Positions 61,623 through 64,000 of a stretch of 64,000 nucleotides of DNA are shown here, in pieces. How positions within the stretch are numbered: the stretch's first letter is position 1; every line of letters starts with the position of its first letter. This stretch comes from Callorhinchus milii (Eukaryota), in NCBI RefSeq assembly GCF_018977255.1, contig NW_024704746.1, forward strand, positions 1,116,001 through 1,180,000, written 5' to 3'. Below the pieces are notes generated by a model. That model saw nothing but the letters and a program-made list of their open reading frames with translations, did no database searches and was not told the DNA's origin. A program made the position numbers and the translations under genes.

Positions 61623-63520
61623 TAAGGAAACTGAACAATTCATGGGAAGGCCACTTTGATACAATCTACATTCATAGGGGTATTACCACCACACAGAATG
61701 AATTAGTTGACATATTTTCGAATACCGGAAGGAGTCCCTATTTGTTTACTCCTCTACCATTTGCGATGGAATCCCATTTTAGAAACTGCCACACGCGAGC
61801 CACCCTGTCGTGCCTGTGTAATGAATTCTAACCCATGGCTCAGCTCTCATTACCCATAAAGTAAATCATTGCCGATTTGATACACAAAACTGCACTTTGA
61901 AGCTAGCTGCATTCCACTGACAGGAGAAAGTCCTTCATGTCTATTCTCTAACTGCCGGGGTGAATGTGGTGAGGGCAAGGCAGGGCTGTAGTTGGCAGCC
62001 TGCTATTCATATTGTGTTGTTTCAGTGAACAGTGCCCCAGCATGTAAAGTCATGCCCAGTCCATCTGCTCAAGAGATAGTTGTTTGACTGTCATCCGTCA
62101 TGCTTTCATTATTGCCTCAAGTCCACCTCATGCAGCGATAATGGAGTGCAATATTCTGGGGCCCAGGAAGAAAAAATCTACAAATGCTTCTTCTGTTTAG
62201 TTCAACAGCTGCTTTTATTTTTACAAGTAATCACTCCAATGCAGATATTTCTGGTGTGCCGTTCATTTTAATATCTTCAGCTCCTGAAAACAAAAATGGT
62301 CCTGAATAACTGTGTGGGGGAGGCAATAATTGTATATAAAACAAAAGTATTTTTTTAAAAAGTATCTTAACATACAAAAATTAAATAAAAGTGGAAAGCA
62401 ACAAAAGTAAACTGAATCCCTGCATTTTCTTTTGGAAACAAAAACTGGTGTTACTGCCTTGTTGGTTAACAAAACATCTCAAGAGGCATAAAAACTCTCA
62501 TGGTCTTAGACTCAGAACCATTATCATAGAATAAGGATTGTACAGAGTGACGTTGAGTGTTGAGTGACGTCCCTGTTTGAGAGAAACAGTGCACGAAGCT
62601 CATTATTGCTCCAGTAAAACTGATCTGTGTAAATCGTATAATCGCCTAAATCGTACATCTGCCTAAGTCCCGTTCAGGATTATATTTTATGCAAGTTTGA
62701 CATAACTCAGACTTTTGATAAGTCATATTAAAAGTATGGTACCAACTGATATGACTTATGTGAGGTTTACTGTATCCAGGAAACAAAGATACCTGTATAT
62801 GCTCAGGAGGATCCCAGTGTACTGTGTAGGCATTTGCTTTAGAAGAAGCCCACCTCGCTGGTCGTTCTCTTCCTTTTCAATGTCATGAAATCTGCTGCCC
62901 TCTCCATGCAGCACGTTATGAAGTTTACAGTGTTTGCTGCAGTTCACTGTAGTTTCCATTCATATTCTACCCAATGGTGCCACAGCTGTGCTCATTGTAT
63001 GTGGGTGGGAGTCTCAGCATCAGCCTCCCACAATCATTCACATTAACATAAATCCTTTTGCATTTATTGTGCATCTGTCTCTGCTAACCTTTTTTAAAAA
63101 ATATTCATCTCTAATGAAAGTAACAAGGCCTAAAATTCTACCCAATTTCGGCCAGTTAAGATCGCCCACAGTTACCTACAACAATATACCATCTCCACAC
63201 ATGACACTAAATACTATAAAGTGTTTTGAGACATTTTGACATAACAAGGCTTTATATCAAATGGAAGGATTATTATTGTTAATAATGAGTGTTCTACCTC
63301 AAAGGCATCAGAGAGCAGCCCAATCCTGTCATCCTCTGACCTATTTATTTCTCTAGTTCATAGAGCGAAAGACAAACATAGGGATCTAAACTGCTGCACT
63401 AACTTTTAAGTCAGTCCCAGGCTCCTGGCCTCAACCGCCCTTCCTGGCCACCTGTTCTAATTGTTAATTACTATCCAGGTAAATAAAACTTCCTGATTTC
63501 TATCCTGAAGTTGCCCGTTG

Positions 63521-64000
63521 CAACAACAAGAAGATTACATTTGTATAGCGCCTTTCACGTCGGGAGGATGTCCCAAGGTGCTGGACAGTGTACAGCATTT
63601 CAGACCCGAGCTGGGGTCAGGGTGGGGAGAAAGAGGGGAGGGGAGGGGAAGGGGGGGTGACCGCTGGCATGGTCGAAGAGGAGGGTTTTGAGACAGGACA
63701 TGAAGCAGGCTAAGGAGGGGTCAAGGCGGAGTGATTGGGGGATGGAGTTCCAGAGGTTGGGGGCAGAGTAGCTGAAGGCTCTCCCGCTAATGGTGGGGCG
63801 GGTGGAGCAGGCCGGAGCCAGCTGAGCGGAGGGAGCGGGTGGGTTGGTAGGGGGTTAGGAGGTCACAGAGATAGGATGGGGCGACGGCATGGAGGACTTT
63901 GTAGGTGAGGATCAGAATTTTGAACTGGATCCTCTGAAGGATAGGGAACCAATGGAGTCGGGCGAGAATGGGGGAGATGGGATCACGGAATTTAGAGTTG
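63521..64000 (-). mobile_element. L2 LINE 3' part, continues beyond the window end
   Basis: (CAA)n tail, hairpin CGCCTTTCACGTCGGGAGGATGTCCCAAGG, then sequence homologous to 2389-2950 (minus strand HWFPI..RIQFKILILTYKVLH). Confidence 0.92.

Noticed and set aside
1-64000. CRISPR array or prokaryotic operon/defence system
   Set aside because: Repeats are dispersed and degenerate, not regularly spaced, and there is no gene-dense coding; this is vertebrate non-coding DNA.

Overview
Eukaryotic, repeat-rich, non-coding DNA (intergenic or a large intron). The repeat repertoire points to a cartilaginous fish, plausibly a chimaera/elephant-shark relative (inference from Deu-domain SINEs, L2 and CR1 LINEs). 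I found no credible host protein-coding exon, rRNA, true tRNA gene or CRISPR array. The only recognisable ORF-track proteins are broken reverse-transcriptase pieces of L2 LINEs. Contents: (1) 5'-truncated L2 LINEs with (TTG)n tails; (2) about 10 near full-length copies and many tail fragments of a ~350-bp tRNA-headed SINE ending in (TTA)n; (3) many DeuSINE (SacSINE1/AmnSINE1-like) copies; (4) CR1 3' ends; (5) four short inverted-repeat elements with a minimal type I hammerhead-ribozyme motif (near-complete in two, truncated or degenerate in two), a one-sided ~33-nt tail and 10-17 bp flanking direct repeats, i.e. Penelope-like retroelement remnants, the most interesting signal here; (6) repeat-free blocks that look regulatory, including a possible minus-strand TATA promoter near 53.25 kb. 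Repeat boundaries were read by eye and are approximate (about +/-10-30 bp). Family names come from recalled consensus motifs, not from a database search.
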